This document shows positions 25,227 to 33,646 of a stretch of DNA of 64,000 bases, piece by piece. The notes under the pieces are model-generated. The model searched no databases. It worked only from the letters and a program-made list of their open reading frames with translations, and was not told the origin of the DNA. This stretch comes from Bryobacteraceae bacterium (GTDB taxonomy: Bacteria > Acidobacteriota > Terriglobia > Bryobacterales > Bryobacteraceae): the NCBI GenBank assembly GCA_947458745.1, contig CANGYQ010000014.1:61084-125083 (forward strand), in the 5' to 3' direction. A program made the position numbers and the translations under genes. Numbering within the stretch: position 1 is the stretch's first letter; each line of letters opens with the position of its first letter.

Positions 25227-26861
25227 CTACGGCTTCTGGTAGCCCGGGCCGCGGAGCACTTGGCCGGGCAACGCTCCGGTGTGGTGTTCGCCTTCGAGCA
25301 CCAGCTTGCCGTTCACCAGCACGTAGGCCATACCGACGGCATACTGGTGGGGCTTGTCGAAGGTGGCGCGGTCGCCAATGGTCTTCGGATCGAACACGGC
25401 GACGTCAGCCCAGTAGCCTTCCTTCAGCAAACCGCGATCCTTTACGTTGATCTTGTCCGCGTTGAGACTGGTCATCTTCTGGATGGCGGCTTCCATGCTG
25501 ACCGCCTTCTGCTCTCGCACATAGCGGCCCAGCACCCGCGCAAAGGTGCCATATGAGCGGGGGTGCGGATTGAGCCGCGATTGCGGGCCGTCGATCGACA
25601 TGGCCGAGCCATCGGAGCCGATCGAGACATAGGGCTGTTTCATCGCATACGTCATGTCGGCCTCCGAGTGGTGGAAGAAGACCGTGGGCACGCTGCCGTT
25701 CTCTTCAAGCAGGATGTCGAAGAACGTCTCCACCGGGTCACCGCCGCGCGCGGCCAGCAGGTCACTCATCCGTTTGCCGACGAACGGCTGGCTCTTGGGG
25801 TTTTTGAGTGACACGAGAATCATCCCCTGCCACCCGCCGCCGGTGGCGGTGTAGTGGTTGTACCAGCCGGGTAGGCCTTCCAGAACTTCCTTTTTCATCC
25901 GCGCGCGCAGGGCGGGGTCGCGCAGCCGTTCCAGCATCTTCTGATTGCCGCCATCGTGGGCCCAAGGCGGGATGATGGCGCGCAAATTGTTCTGGCCCGC
26001 GGTGTAGGGGTAGACATGGGCGCGGATGTCGAAGCCTTCGCCGCGCGCCTTGTCGATCATCGAGATCACTTCCTTCATCTGGCCCCACAGCTTCTGGTCC
26101 GCCACTTTCAGGTGGATGATGTCGACGCGGATGTTGGCGCCCTTGCCGATGGCGATGGCTTCCTCGATGGACCGGAACACGCCCAGACCCTCGTCGCGAA
26201 TGTGCGTCGAATAGATGCCACCGTACTGCTTGGCCACCTTCGCCAACTCCACCAGTTGCGGCGTGGTCATCAAGCTGGAGGGCGGCATCAGCAGCGATGA
26301 GCTTAAGCCCATCGCGCCATCCCGCATCGCTTGCCCGACTTCCTTGGCCATGGCCGTCACTTCAGCCGGACTTGCGCCGGTCATGCCGTATCCTTTGACA
26401 TGCGTCCAGATCTGCGTCTGGCCCACGTAGCTGGCGATGTTCGTGGCGACGCCCCGCTTGGCAACAAAGTCAAAGTATTGGCCCAACGTCGACCATTCGC
26501 GCAGCCCCGGCTTGATGGGCCCGGCCGACCCACCTTCTCCCAGCACCATCGTCGTGACGCCTTGCCGGATCATGCTTTCGCACTTCGGCTCATCCACCAG
26601 CGTGTCGTCGGAATGATTGTGCATGTCGATGAAGCCGGGGGCCACCACCAGCCCCTTGGCGTCAATCGTGCGGGAGCGCGCCGCGCTCTTCAGGTCGCCG
26701 ATCGCGGCGATGCGGCCTCCGCGAATACCGACATCCACGGACCGCGCCGGGCCACCGGAGCCATCAACAACGATGCCGCCGATGATGACGACATCAAAGG
26801 TCTGTTGCGCGGTGGCAGAAGCGGCCAGCGGGAGAATCGAGAGAAAGCGGCGGCGGATCAT
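25227..26861 (-). CDS. D-aminoacylase / N-acyl-D-amino-acid deacylase family amidohydrolase
   Basis: 'FDVVIIGGIVVDGSGGPARSVDVGIRGGRIAAIGDL' and 'VAPGFIDMHNHSD' form the metal-dependent amidohydrolase (D-aminoacylase subfamily) N-terminal signature. Signal peptide present. Confidence 0.8.
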   Translation of the reverse strand: MIRRRFLSILPLAASATAQQTFDVVIIGGIVVDGSGGPARSVDVGIRGGRIAAIGDLKSAARSRTIDAKGLVVAPGFIDMHNHSDDTLVDEPKCESMIRQGVTTMVLGEGGSAGPIKPGLREWSTLGQYFDFVAKRGVATNIASYVGQTQIWTHVKGYGMTGASPAEVTAMAKEVGQAMRDGAMGLSSSLLMPPSSLMTTPQLVELAKVAKQYGGIYSTHIRDEGLGVFRSIEEAIAIGKGANIRVDIIHLKVADQKLWGQMKEVISMIDKARGEGFDIRAHVYPYTAGQNNLRAIIPPWAHDGGNQKMLERLRDPALRARMKKEVLEGLPGWYNHYTATGGGWQGMILVSLKNPKSQPFVGKRMSDLLAARGGDPVETFFDILLEENGSVPTVFFHHSEADMTYAMKQPYVSIGSDGSAMSIDGPQSRLNPHPRSYGTFARVLGRYVREQKAVSMEAAIQKMTSLNADKINVKDRGLLKEGYWADVAVFDPKTIGDRATFDKPHQYAVGMAYVLVNGKLVLEGEHHTGALPGQVLRGPGYQKP

Positions 26862-26963
26862 TCCAGATCAGTGTATCTGCCAGCCGGGACGGATGGCGAA
26901 TCCTGGCGTTCGCGTCCATGCAGAATGAGGTGGCGGATGACCGACGAAAGCGCGGCGGCCAGG

Positions 26964-27404
26964 CTACGGCGCGATCTTAGTGGCCTGCCGGGCCACCAGT
27001 TGCCAGCCTTGCGGTGTGCGGGTCCAGACATAGAGCACGTTCAAATGGAGCAGGGTCGGGCTGCCGTCGGCGGCCTTGCTGCCGACGTCCATGTTGCCGC
27101 GGACGATGGCGGTCTGGCCCAAAAACATCACTGGTTGGTCGCCCAAGGTGGCCATGGACGTGTTGGGCAGCTTCCTCGCTTTCGCCAGATTGACAATGTC
27201 GGCCTTGGATTCCAGGCGTCCGCTGGAGTGGCTGTAGATCAACTGCGGATGGAGCAGCCGTTCCAATGCCGCGGCGTCCTGCGCCAAGGTAGCGACACGC
27301 CACGCCTCCATCGCCTCGCGCACTTCACCCGCTGGCTTCCCTGGCGGATCGGCGGCCACGGTTAAGGCGGCAGTGGCGAGGATAGCGGCGACGGTGCGAA
27401 TCAT
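26964..27404 (-). CDS. SnoaL/NTF2-like (DUF4440-type) secreted protein
   Basis: Signal peptide MIRTVAAILATAALTVAA. 'EAMEAWRVATLAQDAAALERLLHPQLIYSHSSG' and 'VLYVWTRTPQGWQLVARQAT' follow the NTF2-like fold pattern. Start at ATG 27404. Confidence 0.65.
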   Translation of the reverse strand: MIRTVAAILATAALTVAADPPGKPAGEVREAMEAWRVATLAQDAAALERLLHPQLIYSHSSGRLESKADIVNLAKARKLPNTSMATLGDQPVMFLGQTAIVRGNMDVGSKAADGSPTLLHLNVLYVWTRTPQGWQLVARQATKIAP

Positions 27405-27495
27405 GGCCCTGCCAGTATATGCAACGCAGCGGAGTCCCTCAGCCGGGCTGTTTGGGGAAATGATTGCCGGGCCGGATGCAAAGTTGAGCTGGCTT

Positions 27496-27504
27496 TGGTA
27501 TGAT
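27496..27504 (+). promoter_or_regulatory. extended -10 element TGgTATGAT upstream of tRNA-Lys
   Basis: TGGTATGAT at 27496-27504, 24 nt before the tRNA 5' end. No good -35 element. Confidence 0.3.
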
Positions 27505-27528
27505 CTTAAAAGTCCCACCTGAAGAGCC

Positions 27529-27604
<76 letters not shown>

Positions 27605-27651
27605 CTCATAATAAAGAACTTAGGGATTCAGTCCTTCTCCCAAAATGGCCG

Positions 27652-27673
27652 TGTGGTAGCAGTTGTGGTAGCA
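27652..27673 (+). repeat. tandem 10-bp direct repeat TGTGGTAGCA x2 (12-bp register) between tRNA and integrase
   Basis: Copies at 27652-27661 and 27664-27673, read directly. They lie in the AT-richer stretch between the tRNA 3' end and the integrase stop. Confidence 0.6.
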
Positions 27674-27704
27674 ACTTGATGGCAGGGACTTTGAAGCTTG
27701 GCCG

Positions 27705-28928
27705 TTAGGCCTTCTCTTTGCGCCCCAGCGGGACGACCTTGCCGCTATCTGGCTGCGCCGGTCGTTTGGAGCCGAACAGCCGGTCCATGTGGTCCGCTGC
27801 CTCACGATCACTACCCTCGAACAGATGGCCGTAGGTGTCCATGGTCAACTTGATCGACGCGTGGCCAAGTCGTTCGGCGATGAGTTTGGGATGCATGCCT
27901 GCGGCGATGAACAGGGACGCGTGGGTGTGACGAAGATCGTAGAAGCGGAGCTTGGGTAGCCCTGCTTCGACTGACAGCTTTTGAAACCTGTGCAGCACGT
28001 TCGAGACATCGAGCGGTGTGCCTTTGGTGGAGGGGAATACGAAGTCGCCTTCGATCCAATCGTCGCCGACGAATGCCTTGAGTTCCTGAATCTTGTCCTG
28101 CTGCCGGTGAAGGGCTGCGACGGTCACGTCGGGAATGCTGAGGGTTCTGCGGCTTCCGGTATTCTTCGTCGTGCGGAGTAGCCAAGTGGCGCCGGGCTCG
28201 TCTTTCTTCTTCTTGGTCCGGTGCAGGGCGCGCATCAGCGTGATGCGGCCAGCGTCGAGATTCACTTCACTCCACTTCAGGCCGAAGAGTTCGCTGGGGC
28301 GGGCCCCGGTGGTTAGCGCCGTCGTGAAGAGGGCTTCAAACTTGTCGCCGCAAATCGCAGCCAGAAAAATGTCCGATTGCGCCGGGGTGAAGAACTTGAG
28401 TTGATCAGGCTTGCTGCTGACCGCCTTGCGGCGTTTGGCGGTCCGCATGCGGGCCGAGGCCGGATTGCGCTCGATGACGTTCCAGTCGACCGCAAAGTTG
28501 AGGGCTCGCCGCAAGACACGGTGCATGTACTCCACGGTGGCGACGGCGAGTCCAATGTTGCTCTTGGACTTCAGAAATTGATCCACGTCACGGGTGCTGA
28601 TCTCGCGCACACGCTTTGCTCCCAGTGCCGGTACGATGTGCTTTTCCGTGTGGTAGCGATAGTCCTGATGAACGGACGGCGACACGCCGTACTCGTTGTC
28701 ATCGTTGGGCTTGATGTGTTCGAGAAAACGCTTCATGAAGTTGGTGAGCGTCTCGGTCTTGGCAGCCGCTTCCAGACCAATGCCCAGCAGGCGCTCCTCT
28801 TCGATGGCCTTGTCTTCCGCCTCGCGCTTGGTCTTGGCCCAAACCCATTTGCGTCCGCCGGCCGTTAGCCGGACAGCGCAGCGGTAGTATTCGTTGCGGC
28901 CATTGCTGGCCTTAAATGCTCGCGGCAT
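27705..28928 (-). CDS. tyrosine-type site-specific integrase
   Basis: C-terminal catalytic region 'YDLRHTHASLFIAAGMHPKLIAERLGHASIKLTMDTYGHL' (R..HxxR..H..Y), plus 'ALTTGARPSELFGLKW' (first Arg) and an N-terminal SAM-like domain. Adjacent to the tRNA. Start at MPRAF (28928). Confidence 0.9.
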   Translation of the reverse strand: MPRAFKASNGRNEYYRCAVRLTAGGRKWVWAKTKREAEDKAIEEERLLGIGLEAAAKTETLTNFMKRFLEHIKPNDDNEYGVSPSVHQDYRYHTEKHIVPALGAKRVREISTRDVDQFLKSKSNIGLAVATVEYMHRVLRRALNFAVDWNVIERNPASARMRTAKRRKAVSSKPDQLKFFTPAQSDIFLAAICGDKFEALFTTALTTGARPSELFGLKWSEVNLDAGRITLMRALHRTKKKKDEPGATWLLRTTKNTGSRRTLSIPDVTVAALHRQQDKIQELKAFVGDDWIEGDFVFPSTKGTPLDVSNVLHRFQKLSVEAGLPKLRFYDLRHTHASLFIAAGMHPKLIAERLGHASIKLTMDTYGHLFEGSDREAADHMDRLFGSKRPAQPDSGKVVPLGRKEKA

Positions 28929-29017
28929 GACGCTAATCTCCCTTTCGCTCCAGGTCTCGGCGGATGATCTCAACGAAAGACGGCACTGCCTTGCCGAGGA
29001 CATCGAGTTGAGCCTCG

Positions 29018-29551
29018 ATGGATCGGCCACCCGAGGCCGTGGGGCGGCAACTCACGCTGGCCGCTTCCGATACGCGCATCCGCATCCTGGAAGGAGCCAG
29101 GGAGATCGCACGGCACACGCGCAGCTATGATCGCGGCCAACTGGTGCTCGATCCCGCGCATCAGGATGCGGTGCTCAAAAGCAAGCGCAAGGCGATGCAC
29201 TCGTCTCCCACCGGCCGCCTGGAGCAGCTTGTGCCGGAGAGCAAAGCGTTTCTTGACCAAGCCTTCGCGCATGGCGAATCGGCGGCGCACGAAGCGGTCC
29301 GCTTGAGCAAATTGCTCGAACAGTACGGCGCTCATGCGTTGCGGCGGGCCATTGCCGAAGCACTCAAACGCTCTACGCCGCGGTCGACCTCCGTGGCGTT
29401 CCTTCTGCGCCGTCAACCGCGTTCGATGCCGCTGGCGCTCGACTTGAGCCGTCATCCGCAAGCGCAATCGCTCGATGTCCGGCCGCACGATCTGGAGACC
29501 TACGATGAACTCGCTCAAAACAAAACCGACGGCACCGAAAATGAGCAGTGA
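29018..29551 (+). pseudogene. istA: IS21-family transposase IstA, C-terminal fragment only
   Basis: 'GRQLTLAASDTRIRILEGAREIARHTRSYDRGQLVLDPAHQ' matches the conserved IstA C-terminal region. The HTH and DDE catalytic parts are absent. Confidence 0.7.
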
Positions 29552-30296
29552 CCTGGCCGCGCAACTGAAACACGTCGGTCTGTGTGCCGTGCCCGATGCG
29601 CTGGATGACTTTCTAGCTCGTGCCACCAAGTCGCGCTGGTCTGCCGTGCAGATCCTGGAAGCTCTGGCCCAGGCCGAAGCGCAAGAGCGTTCCAAACGCA
29701 GCCTGGAGCGGCGTCTGCGCATTAGCGGCCTGAAGTCCTTCAAGCCCATGGCTGACTTCGACTGGTCCTGGCCGAAGAAGATCGAGCGCGACATCATCGA
29801 CCGCGCCTTCACGCTCGACTTCCTCAGAGAGGCGCGCAACCTCGTGCTCGTGGGCCGCAATGGCTTGGGCAAAACGATGATCGCGCAGAACCTCTGCCAC
29901 ACCGCCGTACTCGCCGGCCACTCCGTGCTGTTCCGGTCCGCCGCCGCCCTGCTGGAGGAACTTCATCGCCAATCGCCCGAGGGCCGCCGCCGCAAACTTC
30001 GCACTTACGCCAATGTCGGACTGCTCTGTATCGATGAGGTTGGCTATTTATCCTTCGACGACAAGGCCGCCGACCTGCTCTATGAAGTCGTCAACTGCCG
30101 CTACGAACGCAAACCGCTGATCATCACCACCAATCGTCCGTTCAAGGAGTGGAACGAGGTCTTCCCCAACGCGACCTGCATCGTTACGTTGCTGGATCGC
30201 CTGCTGCACCACGCCGACGTCATCCTCGTCGAAGGCAACAGCTATCGCGTCCGGGAAAGCGAACAGGAATCCGCCGCGCGGAGGAAAAAGAAATGA
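29505..30296 (+). CDS. istB: IS21-like helper ATPase IstB
   Basis: '[18 protein letters not shown]' (Walker A), '[10 protein letters not shown]' (Walker B), '[14 protein letters not shown]' and '[12 protein letters not shown]' are IstB/DnaC-like AAA+ motifs. Confidence 0.9.
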   Translation: MNSLKTKPTAPKMSSDLAAQLKHVGLCAVPDALDDFLARATKSRWSAVQILEALAQAEAQERSKRSLERRLRISGLKSFKPMADFDWSWPKKIERDIIDRAFTLDFLREARNLVLVGRNGLGKTMIAQNLCHTAVLAGHSVLFRSAAALLEELHRQSPEGRRRKLRTYANVGLLCIDEVGYLSFDDKAADLLYEVVNCRYERKPLIITTNRPFKEWNEVFPNATCIVTLLDRLLHHADVILVEGNSYRVRESEQESAARRKKK

Positions 30297-30607
30297 GCGA
30301 AGCCGAATACGTCGCCGCGTTGCTCACGCTCTACGCCGACTTGCCCGACACGCCACTGCGACCCAGCCCCGCCGATCAGTCGCTCGCACGGAAGTTGTTT
30401 ATCGACGCTGTGCCCTTGCCGCTGATCGAATCGGCGGTGTTGCTGGGCACCCTCCGCCGCTTGAGCCGCGACCCCGTTCTGCCGCCGCTCCCCAAGATCC
30501 GCTCTCTGGCCTACTTCTTGCCCGTCATCGAAGAACTCAAACTCCAGCCGCTACCCGCTGGCTACCTTGACTACCTTCGGCTGAAACTCCGTCGGCTGTC
30601 GGCCTGA
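30293..30607 (+). CDS. hypothetical protein (104 aa) translationally coupled to istB
   Basis: ATG 30293 overlaps the istB stop (ATGA). Pro/Leu-rich, no motif recognised. It lies inside the IS remnant. Confidence 0.45.
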   Translation: MSEAEYVAALLTLYADLPDTPLRPSPADQSLARKLFIDAVPLPLIESAVLLGTLRRLSRDPVLPPLPKIRSLAYFLPVIEELKLQPLPAGYLDYLRLKLRRLSA

Positions 30608-32262
30608 TGCTCAGAAAAATACGTTTTCAAGTGATCGTTAACATTCACCGGAACCGCGCCGAAGCTGAAGTTGGGCAGATAGTCCGAGGGACAGTTCACC
30701 GGGCAGGATCCTTTCGCCGACTCAGGCGCCGTTGGCAACGGGAATAGCCGGGGCGGATTTCCAAGCAACGAGTTCAGGGGTTGTTTGCCGGGCGGTGAGA
30801 ACCAGCCCCAGACGGTGTCGCTCATTCCCATGGTCGCCTCGTTCACTAATGTCGGGCTGATCGTGTAGTTGATGGTGCCCGAGACGCCGAAGCCGGGATT
30901 CGGGTGGTCCACGGGATAGCCATCGAACTGCGTGCTTCGGAAGACGGCAAGCTGATCGTCGGTGTCCTTCACGTAGCGGACGTAGCCATTGATCTTGGAC
31001 GTGAGGTAGAAATCTCCGCGGACCATGTCGTTGCGGCGTGGATGGCGGCCGCTGGTGTTCTGCTGGAAGTTTGCCTGGTTGAAGAAGATCGTGCCAGGCG
31101 CCGGGCTGAAGTTAGGCAGTGGGAAGAAGTCCAGCATCGCCTTGCCGTACCGATTGGCCCGGGTGGCGGGGATCCGGTTACCCGCGAACGGCGTGTTGCC
31201 CGATGCCGGGTCGCGCACCACGATCAACGCTCCCCTGCCATCGACGCTCTGTGAATAGTCTCCGTTACGTTCGAGTGCCGTCGGCATATAGCGTGTCTGG
31301 GTCGGGTTGCTCTCCAGTTGCCGCGTGTACTCCTGGGAGGCAAAGAAGAAGAGCCGCTGGCGTTGGGTGTTGAAGAGCTTCGGTATCGTCACCGGGCCAC
31401 CCACACTGAATCCTGCGACATTGTAGCGATAGCGCGCCCGCGGAAGCCCGGTCTGGTTGTTGAAAAAGCTGTTGGCATTGAATTGTTCATGCCGGTGCGT
31501 CCACCAACCGGTTCCGTGAAATTCCCGACCGCCCGATTTGGTGACCACACTGATTTGACCGCCGGAGCCGCGTCCGAACTCCGCCTGATAGTTCGAAGTG
31601 AGAACGCGTATTTCGGAAATCGTGTCCAGGTTCGGCACGTAGGACGCCACGCAATTGTTGCAGCCGGTATCCAGGGACGTGATGCCATCCACGGTGAAGT
31701 TCTTTCCCGTGTTGTTGCCATTGATCGTCAAGCCGCCAATGGCGCCGGGAGCGGTAACGTCGCGCCCCATCTGGGTGTCGACCACACCTGGAATGAGCCT
31801 CATGAAGCTGAACATATCCCGTCCCTTGATGGCGACATCGGTGAGTTGCTTGCCGTCGATGAGCGAGGATTTCTCGCTCGACGCCGTCTGAACGGGAGTC
31901 ACCTGAGCGCCGACCGAGATGGTCTGGTCAACGCTGCCGATCGTGAGCACAATACGCCCCAGATCGCGGGTTTCGCTAGAGGCAAGTTGCAGCCCGGATT
32001 GCGTCTGAGTCTTGAATCCCTTGGCGGCGATGGACAGTTGGTAGAGGCCAGGCGGCAGGTTGTTCAGCCGGAATAAGCCGGAATCATTCGCCCTCGTGGT
32101 CCGCTCAGCGCCGGATGCCTGCTCGACCAGCCGGATTTCGGCGCCGGGCACGACGGCATCCGCCGGATCCACCGCTACGCCGACGATGTTGCTGGAAATA
32201 CTTTGCGCAACGATGGAGCACACCGATAGGGCTGCTGCGAGTACATGCCGGGGCTGAAACAT
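30571..32262 (-). pseudogene. CarboxypepD_reg/TonB-dependent-receptor-like OMP, N-terminal half only (truncated by the IS21 remnant)
   Basis: Signal peptide MFQPRHVLAAALSVCSIVAQ, CarboxypepD_reg domain ('VGVAVDPADAVVPGAEIRLVEQASGAERTTRANDSGLFRLNNLPPGLYQL') and plug motif 'GGQISVVTKSGGREFHG'. The frame runs into IS sequence after about 540 aa, whereas paralogs are 1100-1200 aa. Confidence 0.7.
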
Positions 32263-32281
32263 TCGTAATTCTCCTTTGGAG

Positions 32282-33646
32282 CTAATTCGCCAGGATTCCC
32301 CCGACCACGTGGCCATGCACATCCGTCAAGCGGCGGCGGGTGCCGTTGTGGTAGTAAGTCAGCTTCTCGTGATTCAGCCCCAAAAGATGCAGGGCTGTCG
32401 CGTGGAAGTCGTAGATCGACACCGGATTCTCGGCGGGTTTGTAGCCGAGGTCGTCTGACTCGCCATAAGCGAAGCCCGGCTTCAACCCCGCGCCCGCCAT
32501 CCAGCAAGTGAAACAATCCGGATGATGATCGCGGCCGGCTGTCTTGCCGGAGCCCTGCGAGACCGGCGTCCGGCCGAACTCCGTCACGCCCATCACCAGC
32601 GTGTCCTTGAGCAACCCGCGTGAATCGAGATCCTTCAGCAAGGCGCCCACTGGCTGATCGTAGCTCTTCGCATTCTCCGTGTGATTCGTGATCAGGTTGC
32701 CGTGGGCGTCCCAGTTGTTGCCGGCGCCGCCGTGGAAAATCTGCACGAAGCGTACACCCTTTTCGAGCAGCCTTCGCCCCAGCAGGCAATTGCGCGGCAG
32801 GCCGGAGGTGTTCTTGTCATCGAGACCATACATCTTGCGCGTGGCCTCGCTTTCCTGACTCAAGTCGGCGATGCCTGGAATGCTGAGTTGCATACTCGCC
32901 GCCAGCTCGTAGGTCCGGATTCGCGCGTCGAGCGTGCTGTCGCCCAGATGCGTCTCGGCATAGGTGCGGTTCATCCGGTCGAGCCAGTCCATGCCAGCCT
33001 TGCGCGCGCCGAGGTCAAGATCTTTCGGATTGGAGAGATCGGGCACCGGATCGCCTTCGCTGCGGAACGGCGTGCCTTGCACCGCCGCCGGCAGGAACCC
33101 GTTCGACCATTGGAGACTTCCGCCCCAGGGCTGGCTGCGGGCGTCCGGCAGGACGACGAACGCGGGCAGATTCTCGTTCTCGGCGCCAAGCGCATAGGTC
33201 ACCCACGCGCCCATCGCAGGGAAGCCGCTCAGAATGAACCCGGTATTCATCTGCGCGATGGCTGGCATGTGGTTGGCGCTCTTGGCCACCATACTGCGGA
33301 TCACGGTGAGCTTGTCGGCGGATTCGGCGATTTGCGGCAGCAGGTCGCTCACCCAGAGCCCGCTTTGGCCGCGCTGCTTAAACTCCCACGGGCATCCCAT
33401 CAGGTTGCCGCCCTGTCCGAAGAAGGTCGGCATATCGAATGGCTTGCCGCTGCGCCTGGTCAACTCGGGTTTCGGATCGAAGGTGTCGATGTGGCTCATG
33501 CCGCCGACGGCGAAGATCTGAATCACTCGCTTGGCTTTTGGCGCAAAATGCGTTTTCGCGGAGGCGTTCAACACCGACAGCGCCAGCCAGCCGAATCCGG
33601 CGCCCGTATCGAGCAGCATTCTCCGCCGCGTCATCTCATTCGACAT
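32282..33646 (-). CDS. DUF1501 domain-containing protein (sulfatase-fold-like, Tat signal)
   Basis: 'MTRRRMLLDTGAGFGWLALS' is a twin-arginine-type signal. 'IQIFAVGGMSHIDTFDPKPEL' and 'GRDHHPDCFTCWMAGAGLKPG' are the DUF1501 hallmark motifs. Confidence 0.8.
   Translation of the reverse strand: MSNEMTRRRMLLDTGAGFGWLALSVLNASAKTHFAPKAKRVIQIFAVGGMSHIDTFDPKPELTRRSGKPFDMPTFFGQGGNLMGCPWEFKQRGQSGLWVSDLLPQIAESADKLTVIRSMVAKSANHMPAIAQMNTGFILSGFPAMGAWVTYALGAENENLPAFVVLPDARSQPWGGSLQWSNGFLPAAVQGTPFRSEGDPVPDLSNPKDLDLGARKAGMDWLDRMNRTYAETHLGDSTLDARIRTYELAASMQLSIPGIADLSQESEATRKMYGLDDKNTSGLPRNCLLGRRLLEKGVRFVQIFHGGAGNNWDAHGNLITNHTENAKSYDQPVGALLKDLDSRGLLKDTLVMGVTEFGRTPVSQGSGKTAGRDHHPDCFTCWMAGAGLKPGFAYGESDDLGYKPAENPVSIYDFHATALHLLGLNHEKLTYYHNGTRRRLTDVHGHVVGGILAN

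Larger units (their letters stand above)
29018..30650 (+). mobile_element. IS21-family element remnant (5'-truncated istA, intact istB, extra orf3; right end approximate)
   Basis: An IstA C-terminal fragment, IstB and a coupled third ORF. The right end is inferred from where the interrupted OMP reading frame loses homology (about 30610-30650). The left end is missing. Confidence 0.7.

Noticed and set aside
28970-29902. 310-aa minus-strand ORF across the IS remnant
   Set aside because: It is antisense to the istA fragment and istB, both of which have clear family motifs on the plus strand.
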